DNA of 63,984 bases, counting the filler, from Octopus bimaculoides (taxonomy: Eukaryota), in the NCBI RefSeq assembly GCF_001194135.2. It is 7 parts of 6 records of this genome, joined end to end, with 100 filler letters (N's around TTAATTAATTAA, not from the genome) between each part and the next. Parts side by side here need not be neighbours in the genome. Positions count along the whole stretch, not along the records: positions 1 to 24,350 come from NC_068981.1; 6 more parts are not named here. One strand, given 5' to 3'. The translations under genes and the position numbers were made by a program. Under the pieces are notes generated by a model. That model was not told where the DNA came from and ran no database searches. It worked only from the letters and a program-made list of their open reading frames with translations. Shown one piece after another: positions 1 to 12,014 of this stretch. Within the stretch, counting starts at the first letter, position 1, and every line of letters begins with the position of its first letter.

Positions 1-47
1 TATATATATATATATATATATATATCTGTGTGTGCGTGTGTGTAGAT

Positions 48-176
48 GATTCAAATTCGTTGATACTCTTGAGTTTCAAGCGTGATGCTAGTTGTCAGCC
101 ATTTTGAATTTGAAATTCAAAACGGCAGACGACTAGCATCGCACTTGAATCTCAAAAGTACCAGCAAATTTGAATC
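48..176. repeat. Imperfect palindrome (64-bp arms, 1-nt centre), MITE-like hairpin
   Basis: 48-111 is the reverse complement of 113-176, with 10 mismatches in 64 by manual alignment. Confidence 0.85.
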
Positions 177-217
177 AAACTGTTTCGACGGTTGGTAAGA
201 ACCATTTCTTACATATA

Positions 218-602
218 TATTATATCATACCTTGATACTGTGTGAGTTAAGATCCCCGTTGACAGACCACTGGCATTTATAGTGTTAAACACTTTCGTTG
301 TGCAAATTAGGGACTCCTTCGTAGGGTAACTGCTGCATTTGTTGAGTATATGAACAGTTTGGCTGCTTATTTCTCTGGAGACTGTCAGCAGAATGATGTA
401 GACACCTCTGATGAGAACCCAATGAGATTCGAAAATCGATTAAAGTTGTCCATCAATTTTTTTTTCAGTCTGTGGAGAAATGGCTAAAATTTGCCCTGTT
501 TTTAATTATACTATATGTTACATATTTATTATATCATACCTTGATACTGTGTGGACTAAGATCCCCGTTGACAGGCCACTGGTATTTAGAGTGTTAAACA
601 CT
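218..602 (+). mobile_element. Probable Penelope-like element pseudo-LTR remnant: 76-bp direct repeats flanking a hammerhead-like motif
   Basis: 218-293 and 527-602 are about 92% identical; CTGATGA..GAAA motif at 408-434 lies between them. Confidence 0.55.
401..450 (+). ncRNA. Candidate minimal type I hammerhead ribozyme (slightly decayed)
   Basis: gacacct-CTGATGA-gaacc caatga gattc-GAAA-atcgatt-a; palindrome AATCGATT at 434-441; stem I pairs with agttgtc (444-450) allowing one extra A and one mismatch. Confidence 0.55.
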
Positions 603-1490
603 AGCAACATCTCCATCAATGACTTCACTGTTTCCCCTATATTTAATGACGAATGTTACAGGTATCTCTAGGGGTGGGTGAAAATATATTTTACAATGGT
701 ACCAGTAACAAAACACGTGTCACTAAAGAATATTACAGCCGAATAAAGAAAATTTGGACCTCAGAACTTTGCATTCAATAAAACAGTAGCCTACAATGTG
801 TTTGCAATGCCAGTACTCATATCAATATTTGGGCTGCTTGATGAGATCCGAGCCCTTGACGTGAGAACCCCCAAAAGATATTAACCAGCACACATAATTT
901 CCACATCAACAGTGACGTATACCGCCTCTACCTAAAACGAAAACAAGGCGGAAGAGATTTAACATTGATCCAAAATGTCTTTGAATGTCGCATCATATCC
1001 CTTTGATAACATCTTTTAACCACCAAGTGTCGAAGTGCATCCCTTGACCAAGTTTGCAGACATGAGGCTGATAACATCATAAGACTTGGAAGGCAGCTCT
1101 TTGCGCAACACTCTTTGTCTGATAACCTAGAATACATGTCCAAAGAAGTCGCCCGCAACATATCATCAGATGAAAGGATGAGCCTATATGAGCAGAAGAC
1201 TATGCATGGATATGTTAGTAGAAAGTACCGTCATGATTCTAACATTGATCATCAAAGCAGTTTATCATGGGCCAACAACCGGATTACTACCTCTCACTTT
1301 GAAGGGTATGCGTTTGCAATCCAGGAACAAGAAATATCAACCAAGTACCTGATGCACAAAAGGGACAGAGACACAGGAAAAGTAGTAAAAAATGTGACAA
1401 CCGATGCAGATTTTGTGGAGTTAATACCGAAGATATAACCCACATCATAAGCAGTTGTCCGAAAATGTCATCACGGTATTATCTGCCGAT
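603..1490 (+). mobile_element. R4/Dong-clade non-LTR retrotransposon fragment A (RT C-terminus to CCHC knuckle), degraded
   Basis: Broken frames give DECYRYL(G), SDVYRLYLKRKQGGR, TSHFEGYAFAIQEQEISTKYL, CRFC..HIISSCP. Confidence 0.85.
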
Positions 1491-3045
1491 GGGAAGTGGT
1501 AATGGAAAACTGAACCACTTGCTATTCATGCATGACCTGAAGCTATTCACAAAAACTGAGGCAGAACTGGACAGCCTAGTCCGGTCTGTGCGGATTTTCT
1601 CCAATGATATTAAGATGGCGTCTGGGCTCTCAAAATGTGTTATGATGAGGATGAGATGAGGAAAGCTTGTCAGAACAGAAGACATGGGTTTGCCAAGTGG
1701 TGAAATGATGAAGGCAATTCCACCTCAGTCCAGCTTTAAATACTTGGGAATACTTGTGGCAGATGGAATCAAACACCACGACATGAAGGAAAAGACTAAA
1801 AGAGAATACCTGCAGCGAATGAGTGAAATACTGGCTTCAAAGCTGAATGCCAGAAACAATTTCGGCAATAAACTCGTGTGCAGTCGCAGTAGTTCGGTAT
1901 GGCGCTGGATTCCTGAAGTGGATAGAGGAAGAGCTAAAGAAGATGAACAGGAAGTCAAGAAAGCTCCTAACGATGCTTGCAGCCCATCATCCACGGGCAG
2001 ACACTGATCACCTATACATGAAGAGAGAAAATGGAGGAGGAAGAGGACTGATACGAGTGGAAGACCGCGTTCGTATCGAATTCGAGAGCTTAATGAGATA
2101 CCCAACCCAAAGTAAGGAAACGTTGCTAGTGTCAATTAGGAACGAGGGAGTATTAAGAGCTGAGAAAAAGAGAAAACAAAGGAAGTATTACACAACAAGG
2201 GACTACACAATGAATTCCATGTAGTCACAGCAGAAGTTGCTAGAAAAAGAAATAGGTGAGATCAGCTAAAGAAAGAAACACTAAAAGATGAGACTGAGAG
2301 CACTATACTGGCAGTGCAAGACCATGATTTGGCCACAAGCTGGAGGGTCAACCTTAGGAATGAGCAAGTGTCTCCACTGTGCCGCATCTGCAATAGAGTG
2401 GATGAAACCATTGCCTATATCACAAACGAATTCCCTAGACTTGCCCAAAACCACAAATTGTGGCGACACGACCAGGTAGGGAAAGTGCTACATTGGAAAC
2501 TGTGCGAAAAGTGGGGTCTGGAGAGAGACAAGACGTGGTATGAGCACAAAATGCAGAGTGTGCTAGAGTCGGAGACTAGCAAAATCCTCTGGGATTTCCT
2601 AATCCAAACAGATCAGGTGCCAGAGCATAACAGACCAGACCTAATGGTGGTGGACAAGATGCACCACATGATCTATATAGTTGATGTTGCATGCCACTTT
2701 GACCCACGAATAGCCAAGAAGGAAGGCGTAAAATTAGATAAATACAACCCACTTAAGTAACAAATAGCCCAGTTATGGAAAATGATGAAGATGGAGATAG
2801 TGCTAATTATTGTCCTTGGGAAGAGTATCAGAAGGCATGAAGTGGAATATCAAAGAAATTGGAATAGAGTGCCCAGTACAACTGTTACAAAAGGTTTGCC
2901 TCCTTGGTACGGCCAGAATAATCAGGAAAGTATTAGCTGGAAAGAACGGATAGCATGGTACCAAGACTCCAGGAGTTGAAACAAAATCTCTGATAAAAAG
3001 CAATAGAACAACAACAACAATAATAATGATACTGATAATAATAAT
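1491..3045 (+). mobile_element. R4/Dong-clade LINE fragment B (RT motif 5 to restriction-like endonuclease, 3' end, AAC/AAT tail)
   Basis: KLNHLLFMHDLKLF (YMDD-like), FKYLGI, GGRGLI, CRICNRVDETI, HNRPDLMVVDK (PD-D/ExK), LLGTARIIRKVL, then (AAC)n/(AAT)n. Confidence 0.9.
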
Positions 3046-4772
3046 ATACAGGAGTGGTTGAAGTCATCAGAAGATTAGATGTCTCACAGGGAAAGACTAA
3101 AAAGGATCAAATGTGGAAAAAGAGACTACAAAATAAAGTGAAAACTTTAAGACAGGATCTGAGTGGAATAGAAACCTGGAAACTGAACAAGTTATGAAAC
3201 ACAAGATGCAAATCTTGCCTCGAGGAAAGATATTTAGTCAAAGAGAAAGGATTTGGGACAGTAATAGAAGAGTTGAAACAGCCTATCAAGGCAGTAGCAG
3301 GCAAGCTCTCCAGATATCAGAAAAGAACAGATCAGTATCAACAGAACTGAATATTTGAGACAAACCAGAGGGGATTTTACAACCAAATAAATAGTGGAGA
3401 ACGAAGTACTGAAGATGTGAAACCTAATGCAGAAGAAGCTAGAAAGTTCTGGAGTAATATTTGGGATAAACCAGTCAATCATAATGGGGATGCAGTATGG
3501 TTAAAGAAAGTGATGGAAGAAAGAATGAGTGCATTAATGAGTAAAGTGTTAGGTAAAATACCGAATTGGAAGGGCCCAGGACCTGATTTAGTTCAAGAAT
3601 ACTGACTAAAGAAATTTAGTATTTTACATGGGAGGCTGAGGGAACAACTTGAGGATTGCCTTAATGGAGGAATAATACCAGATTGGATGACTAGAGGCAG
3701 GACAATATTCATTATGAAGGATAAAATGGAAGAGGGTTATTATCAGTAGAAGACTGCGTAGATTAGCTAGAGTAGATATAGACTCCTATGTACGTAATAG
3801 TGAAGAAAACTTATTAAAAGCTGCTAGAGTCACAGCAAGATACAGGGAAACCAAAACACCAAACAAACTTTAAAACCAGAAAAAAGAACAGACAGAAATT
3901 ATCTGATTGGCAGGAAAAGGCATTGCATGGTGAATTCCGAAAGATAGTTTCAGCAAATAGTAGTAGTGAGACGTGGTTATGGTTGCAGGAAGGAAAGCTG
4001 AAGAGAGAGACAGGGAGTTTATTAGTAGCTGAATAAGATCAAGCATTAAGGACTCATTGGATAAAAGCCAATATGGACAAAAATTAAGTAGATTCCCAAT
4101 GTAGGTTATGCAAATCAAAAAAATAAAGCGTTTCTCATACAGTAAGTGAATGTAGCATGCAAGCACAGAAAGAATACAAGAAAAGACATGACAATCTAAG
4201 GAGAGTAATCCACTGGGAGCTATGTAGTAAGCTAGGATTTGAACATACTGATAAATGGTATGAATATGAATCTAGTAAAGTACTAGAAAGTAAGAAATAT
4301 AAGATGTTGTGAGACTTGAACATTCAGACTGACAAAGTAATAGAAGCTAGAAGGCCTAATTTGGTAGTAGTACATAAAGACAACAGAAAGTGCCAGATAA
4401 CTGACTGTACAATTCAAAATGACGAGAAAATCAGTCAGAGAGTTATAGAAAAAATAGCAAAGTACCAGGACCTTGCCATTGAATTACAGAAACTATAGAA
4501 AGTGTAGGTAAAATGTATTCCAGTAGTTATAGATGCATTAGGAACTATCCCTAAAAATCTGAACAGATGGATGGAGGAAATAGGCATAAAACCTAGTTTA
4601 CTACAGCTGCAGAAAACAGTGTTGTTAGGGACAGCTAGGATACTTAGTGGGGTTCTTGGCATCTAAGGTTACTTGTAGCCCGATAGGAGGATTCTTGGCA
4701 TCTAAGGCTACTTGTTGTAGCCCAATGTTAGAGTTCTTTTCTTTCCCAACAGTCTAATCTGTTGAGTGTATA

Positions 4773-4836
<64 letters not shown>

Positions 4837-4850
4837 CAACAACAACAACA
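3046..4850 (+). mobile_element. R4/Dong-clade LINE fragment C with internal deletion of the RT core; 3' UTR and (AAT)n tail
   Basis: PNAEEARKFWSNIW, IPNWKGPGPD, PDWMTRGRT jump near 3728 to a GRGL.SVEDCV-like stretch; RPNLVVV, LLGTARIL, tail 4786-4850. Confidence 0.88.
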
Positions 4851-5065
4851 AATAGGGGTTGCAATAAGGGTGGAGCACTTGCAGAAAACAGCATTGCTTG
4901 GAACCGCTCAAATACTCCGGAAGGTGCTCGAAAAATAAGGGGTGTTACCTTAGTTCACTGGTAGTGAACAGCTGACACCGTAGTACATCTCCAGCTTTTG
5001 GAGCTGTGCAAAAATAATAATAATAATAATCATTATTATTATTAATATTATTATTATGATAATAA
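4851..5065 (+). mobile_element. 3' tip of another R4/Dong-type LINE (fragment D) with (AAT)n tail
   Basis: QIGVAIRVEHLQKTALLGTAQILRKVLEK*, short UTR, then AAT-rich tract. Confidence 0.75.
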
Positions 5066-5772
5066 TAATGAAAACAGATCCTAACACCAAATGCAGAATA
5101 TGTGAACCGCCCAATGAGACAGTTGACCACATCATCTCTAGCTGTCCAGTCCTTGCCCAATCTGAAGATATATACAGACACAACCGAGTAAGTAGTTATA
5201 TCCACTGGACAATATGCCAACTCTACAGCATAAAAAACTGATGAGAAATGGTAGAAACATGTGCCAAACAAAGTACAAGACAACGACAAAGGTACAGTCA
5301 TCTTGGATTTTCCTGTTCAAACCAACAAAGAAATTAGAAGATAATCGCCCAAACATAATCAAGGACTGAGAAGAACCATCTGCTTACCGATAGACGTTAC
5401 AATCGCTTCTAATCAAAATATTATCCAAAAACAAGTGGAAAGAGTGTCAGAGTACAAAGACCTCGAAATTGAAGAATTCAAGGTATGGGACACGAAGGTG
5501 GAAACAACAGTCCTCCTAGGAACAGCCCATTTCCTATACAAGACGACCAATTCAATAATACAAGCGAAACAAAACAACCCACAAACACAAGATACACTCT
5601 ATACGGGCAAATATGCAGTGAAATAAACTTCCATGAGCAAAGTTGTGATGCATGTGCCTGGTGTACCCTTATCAGATGGGTAGTTACGATGGATATACTG
5701 GGCTTCGTATATTTTACCCTTGTGTCACTGCGATAGCACGCACTGTTCTCTCACCCAATAATAATAATAATA
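5066..5772 (+). mobile_element. R4/Dong-type LINE fragment E (CCHC knuckle, RLE, probable 3' UTR)
   Basis: KCRICEPPNETVDHIISSCPVLA..RHNRV..IHWTIC, NRPNII, LLGTAHFL; (AAT)n at 5757-5772. Confidence 0.8.
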
Positions 5773-6097
5773 ATTACAGAAACTATGGAAAGTGTGGGTA
5801 AAATGTATCCCAGCAGTCATAGGTGCATTAGGAACTATCCCTAAAGATTTGAACAGATGGGCAGAGGAAATAGGCATAAACCCCAGTTTTGTACAGCTTC
5901 AGAAAACAATGTTATTAGGGACAGCTAGGTTACTTAGTGGGGTTCTTGGCATCTAAGGTTACTTGCTGTAACCCAATAGGAAGGTTTTTGGCATTTAAGA
6001 CAACTTGTTGTAGCCCGATGTTAGGATTCTTTTCGTTTCCAACAATCTAATCTGTTGAGTGTATATGAATAATAATAATGGTGATAATAACAATAAT
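5773..6097 (+). mobile_element. 5'-truncated copy (F) of the fragment C family 3' end
   Basis: Colinear with about 4485-4790 (ggaactatccctaaa...ggggttcttggcatctaagg...aatctgttgagtgtatatgaataat). Confidence 0.9.
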
Positions 6098-6247
6098 CTT
6101 AAGTCTAGCCGTATCATACGTTTGAAAGAAACACTTTCTTTCTTTCTTTCTTTCTCCCTATCTATATATGTGTATGTACTTATGTGTATGCATACGTATA
6201 TGTATATATCTACATCTATCTATCTATCTATCTATACACATTTACAC

Positions 6248-6315
<68 letters not shown>

Positions 6316-6382
6316 AGATATGAATAGACGTGTTTCCATATAAATGTGTATATATGTGTGTGTATGTATGCACGTATGTATG

Positions 6383-6419
<37 letters not shown>

Positions 6420-7088
6420 TCATATACATCATATAGACACATCTCTCTTAAATATATACAGTTGTATATGTAATGAACAAATGCGCTGCAGCTGGTTGTG
6501 TGCGTGTTATTGTCTCTATGTGACTGTGTTAGTGTTGGAGAGCGTATTTGAGTGGAGGTGTAGATGCGTGTAGAGATGAATGAGTGTGTAATTAACCCTA
6601 ATGGATATGTGGGTGGTTTTGTAGGTAGGATGGCGGTNNNNNNNNNNNNNNNNNNNNNNNNNNNNNNNGGGGGGGGGGGGGAAGAGGTTTGGTTGCGGGA
6701 AGGAGTGCTTTTTGACAATGGACATTAATGCTGCTACTCACGTTGCTCGTGAAAATGATGATGGTGATGGTGGTGGTGGTGGTGGTGGTCGGGTTAGGAT
6801 TACTGCTGCTGTTGTTGGTAGTGGTGATGGTGGTGATGGAGAAGTGTGGTAAAGAACATCATCATCATCATCATCATCCTCACCACCACCGCTACCACCA
6901 TCACTATCATCATCATCAGCAGCAGCAGCATCAAAGGTAGACATCATAAGAAGAAGAAGAAGAAGAAGCCAGATGAAATGTGAAGAGAGCAGACGAGATA
7001 ATCAGCGACAACAAAGGATGAAGAGAGAATTAGTGAAGATTTGGAGGTTCAAGATGGAGGAGGGAGGCCAGGAGGCCAGGAGGCTGTG

Positions 7089-7126
<38 letters not shown>

Positions 7127-8071
7127 TGTATGTGTGTGTGTGAGAATTTATATATATGTGTATGTGCGTGTGTTGTTGTGTGTGACTGCATGTTGGTCGC
7201 TTTGTGTGTGTGTGTGTGTATGTGTGTGAGAGAGAGAATGTGTATGTATGTGTGTGCATGTATGTGTGTGTGAGTGTTTGTGTGAATGTATGTACGTGTG
7301 TGTGCATGTACAGGAGTAGTTGTATGTGTGCGTGTATGTGTGTGTATGTGTGTGTGTGAGTGTATCTGTGAGTGTATGTATGTGTGTGTCTGTACACGAG
7401 TAGTGTGTGTGACTGTGTGTGTGTGTGTTTAAGTGTGTCAGTGTGTCAGTGTAAGTGAAAAGGAAAGAGACATTTGTCAAATGATCTGTGTGTGTGTGTG
7501 TGTGCGTGTTGTTTATGTGAGTGTATGAGTTTGCATTCTGCGTCCGCTGTGCCTAAGTGCTTGTGTGTGTGTGGGTGTGTATTCATAGATGTGAACAGAG
7601 CAACGAAATGCGTCTTCAATATACGGCTGAAATACTTTATTGTTGCACTGATGCAACAACAACAGCAGCAACAACTGGGAGACTGACTTATGGTGTTGCT
7701 GCTGCTGCGGCTGCTGCTGCTGTTACCTGATGGGAGATCTTTGGAGTTTAGAAATCTTTTCTAATGGCCATCCCACGCAAAGACATCGACTACAGGAACT
7801 GAGTGTCTCCCTGTGTATGTCTTCAAGTGTGCGAACGCATGTGTGTGTATGTGTGTGTGTGACTAAAGCACGCACACACACACACACACTCGCACGCACG
7901 CATGCACGCACACACACACACACACACACGCATACACACGCACACACACATACATACACATGCGCGCGCTCGCACGGACAGTTGACGGCCATCACTATCA
8001 CTGTTGATAATGTGATTAGAATGGCTCTGAGTTGGAAGAGACATGAACAGAGAAACAGAGAGAGAGAGAGA

Positions 8072-8106
<35 letters not shown>

Positions 8107-8400
8107 CGGGGAAGAGGGGAAGTGAGGAAGGAATATGGGAGACAAAGTATGAGAGTGAAAGTGAGAGAGGAGGGAGCAATGAGAAGTGATGTTTGAGAGA
8201 GAGAGAGGAAGAGAAAGGATGAGGCTTGAGATCAAGGGGAGGAGGCGAATTATAAGACGGGGGAGAGGGTGAAATACAAGAGAGAGTAATGAGGGTAAGG
8301 TGAGTGGCAGAGATGGAGTGAGGAGAGGAGAGAGTAGAATGGATATAAAAGATAAAGTTACATGGAGAGAGAAGGAAATGGGAAGGAGGGAAGGGGGAGG
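6098..8400. repeat. Compound microsatellite and low-complexity block: (TA)n, (GA)n, (GT)n, (GGT)n, (CAT)n, (CAG)n, (CA)n
   Basis: Directly visible simple repeats. Confidence 0.95.
6742..6947 (-). CDS. Possible low-complexity coding exon of an unidentified host gene
   Basis: ORF MMSTFDAAAADDDDSDGGSGGGEDDD...PPPPPPPSPSSFSRA; its stop overlaps a consensus donor AAC|GTGAGT (intron would start at 6741). No homology recognised. Confidence 0.25.
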
Positions 8401-8414
8401 GGAGTGGGTCCCTA

Positions 8415-8790
8415 ACATGTGGACGGGTTGACATGTGGAGATAGCGATACATGGAGAGATTGACAAAGTATTTTACGTAGGGAGAGGTTGACAGATGAGA
8501 AGATTGACAGTCGAAAACCTGTGGACGTGGACAGTTGTTGACATTGATGCCGGTGGCGGTTGACACTTGCTGACATTTTCAAATGTGGAAATTGACAGTT
8601 GGTGTCAAAGATATTTGTACAAGCTGGCCCTGGGAAACGTTGGTACCTACAGAGGTTGACAGATGGAGACAGAGAAACCTGAAGAGGCTGCCAGTTGGAG
8701 ACATTGTCACTCGTAGAGGTTGACAATTAGTGTCAATGACACCTATGATGGTTGACAGTTGGAGACATTGGCTCGTAGAGAGTCTTAATG
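8415..8790. repeat. Degenerate minisatellite rich in TTGACA
   Basis: About 10 TTGACA on the + strand and 2 on the - strand; repeated ggttgacag and ggagacatt units. Confidence 0.7.
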
Positions 8791-9251
8791 AGGGAGAGAT
8801 TAATAGTGAAAACAGTGACACATAGAAAGAATGTTTGATGAAATATTTTTAAATAAATCAAGGGAAATAAATATAATCCAATAGTTTATTGGAGTATGAG
8901 CCGAGACTTATTTTTCTTAACGATGTTACGATTCATCTCCAGTTTACGTTGCGTCAAAACAAATCCACCCGGGGTATAACGTTTAACAATCACTGCTAGC
9001 TTACTTGCAGAAGTAAGTGTCCTCGGTCAATCATTAAACCTCTTCAGGGCTCATCGGACGTCGCGTGATGTGTTGCTAGAAATTGTCAGGTATCTGGGAT
9101 CCAATGAACCGGAGCATGAAATAACTGATAAAAAATACATATTTATTCTGATCTATGTAGTGGAAATGAAACTTGATATATAAAGATAGACTGACAGACA
9201 GGCAGGCAGACAGATAGATAGATAGATAGATAGATAGATAGGTAGACAGAC

Positions 9252-9317
<66 letters not shown>

Positions 9318-10027
9318 ATCTTAGATAAAACGGAAATAGCTTTGTTTGGTATCGTTCTTTGGTTCCCATGGAGATAACTTTTCCTTTCATTCATTCACAA
9401 AAGTAAGAGGGAGATCAATATAATTCCTATCAGCAATATGCTAATTTCAAGCCCTATTCTAATCGATAAACCTTTGGAATTAATAAAATCATTGATATTC
9501 CATACAGAAATTTGATGTATAAACGTCAAAGAATAAACCTACAATAATTATGAGCTTAATTAATTAAATAAATCCAAGTGCGACCCAGTTGCGTGTAGTT
9601 ATATATAACGTTCTTTTAGAATAACATATTTAAAATAAAAGCAGGAAGCATAAATTTCACATATAGTCCATACTTCAATTGAGTTCAACAGCTGTTTCAT
9701 TAAGATACACACAACCAAATGTGCAATTGCATAATTGTGATACATAATTAATTTAATTTAATTATGTATCACAGTTAGGTAATCATATATTTTGTGCTGT
9801 ATATATTTAATATAGCAGTTGTTGAGCACAGTTAATGTTTGTGAAAGTTATGCATGTCACCTTTTATGGTAAAATTGTTAATACAAATGGAATGAGTTGC
9901 CGTCAATATCTATTATACTTCCTACACTCCAGAACAAGTTCCATGCTTCTTGGATAATTTTCCAGTTGTGAACATGTAAATGTCCAAGGCGTACACACAT
10001 TTACACTCGTACACACACACACACACA

Positions 10028-10075
<48 letters not shown>

Positions 10076-10982
10076 CATACACACCTATACAAACATATAT
10101 ATATATATAGACAAACGACTTCATGAAATCATTCTTGCAATTCAGTCACATTCCTCTATAATATCTATTCCACTTCTCTTACATCGTTAATTCCATTGGG
10201 AAAGGCATAAATATCATTCAATCTTATCTATTTTTGTTTTGTTTTTCTACGATTTTGACGTCATACACTTATACAGGCATCCAATGGCGGACGCTGTCGC
10301 TTAAGACAATCCAGTTGTAGTTCTATTTTTGTCACTTACGTCCTTAAGTAAGATGTGAATGTCACCCAATTTTCTCCCGCCGCTCACCTGTAAACCTTAT
10401 TTCTTGTTCATTAGATTAAATGAAGATAGTTTAATTTAGAACATGCTATATCTACTGGCTGCGTTTTCAATGATAGATTTTGTAATTTCATCGTCGTTGT
10501 AAATGACGAAGCTCCCATTCATTTAGCTTGGCTTCAATTAATCTTCTTAAATCAGATTTTTAACTAAATACTCTTAAGCGTTATCCTTTACCAAAAATCA
10601 TTAGCTATCACATTATTATTATTATATAGCTTTCTGCTCAGCTCAAACAAGGGGTTGTTGCTTTGGCAACAGCCGTTAAGGGCTTCTCATATTTTGCTTG
10701 TTTGTTTTTTTTTTTCTTCTTTTTGTCTATGATTATTTTCCATCTTTTAACTTTGCCCCGCATAATTCTTTTTCATCTTGTCAACTGTGTTGATACTTCA
10801 CAACAATTTTTCTTAACTTTTACTATACATTTATACACAGACAGACAGACAAAGAGGTAGGTAGGTAGATAGATAGAAAGATAGATAGACGGATAAAAGG
10901 TGCAGACAGACAGACAGACAGACACATACATACACACAGATAGACATGCATGCAAGCTTACATGCAAGCATACATACATAGA

Positions 10983-11016
<34 letters not shown>

Positions 11017-11199
11017 CATACATGATGATGGCCGTCCACGCGTGACCATACATACATACATACATACATACATACATACATACATACATACATACATACA
11101 TAGATACACACATATACATACAGAGAATTCCCGTTATTGAATATAAACATCAACACAAAGAATACTAGTGGAACCATCAAAATATCTTTCAAGTGTAAA

Positions 11200-11535
11200 G
11201 CATAGCAGGCCGGATAATGTTATCTAGGACAGAGAAGGAAAAGTGTGTACTGTCATAAAGGTCAGTTGTTCTGCTGATGTGAATATCTCTGTGAAAATCA
11301 TGAAGGAAGAAGATAACTATGGACAACTGCTTCGAACCCCCTAGCTTCCATATCCGGATTGCAAATTCATATTTATATCAGTAATAACTGGTGCATAAGG
11401 CTTTGTGAATAAATGCTTCAATGACATTCCGGAAAATCTAGGGTTTTCAGAACAGGAAATCAACTAATTCGCACATTACAAAGATTATCAATAAGCGGAA
11501 CTGTAAAAATATGCAAGGCTTTGTTCGACTATGAA
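11200..11535 (+). mobile_element. R4/Dong-type LINE 3' end (RLE domain)
   Basis: RPDNVI..CSADVNISVKI, then LQRLSISGTVKICK. Confidence 0.75.
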
Positions 11536-11835
11536 ATGTGTATTTGTTTTAGCAATTTACATTCCAGCGATGGAGCTTTGTATGTTTGTTAGAAACCAGC
11601 TCCTTCTTTACAGGAAGAATTTAGACAATTAAAAATAGAAGAGAATATAGACATACATACAAAAAACTGTCACTGATATTTTAAAATTTTATTCTATGCC
11701 CTACAGCTGTTTCCCCAGTTAGATTTCAATCACAATCACCCGTATAATTATGTAATAAACATAAAAATATATATTTAATTCATTTGAATTCGATGAGTAT
11801 AATGTTTCACTGAGAAAAGAAAATTGAAAACTTAA

Positions 11836-11878
<43 letters not shown>

Positions 11879-11930
11879 TAGACGTATACATACATGACTC
11901 ATTCACTCATTCACACATGCACGTATATAA

Positions 11931-12014
<84 letters not shown>

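Noticed and set aside
8975-9055. Minus-strand CTGAAGA-ggt..acc-GA followed later by AACGTT and a small hairpin
   Set aside because: GAAA is broken by about 38 nt and stem I does not pair; too degenerate to call a hammerhead.
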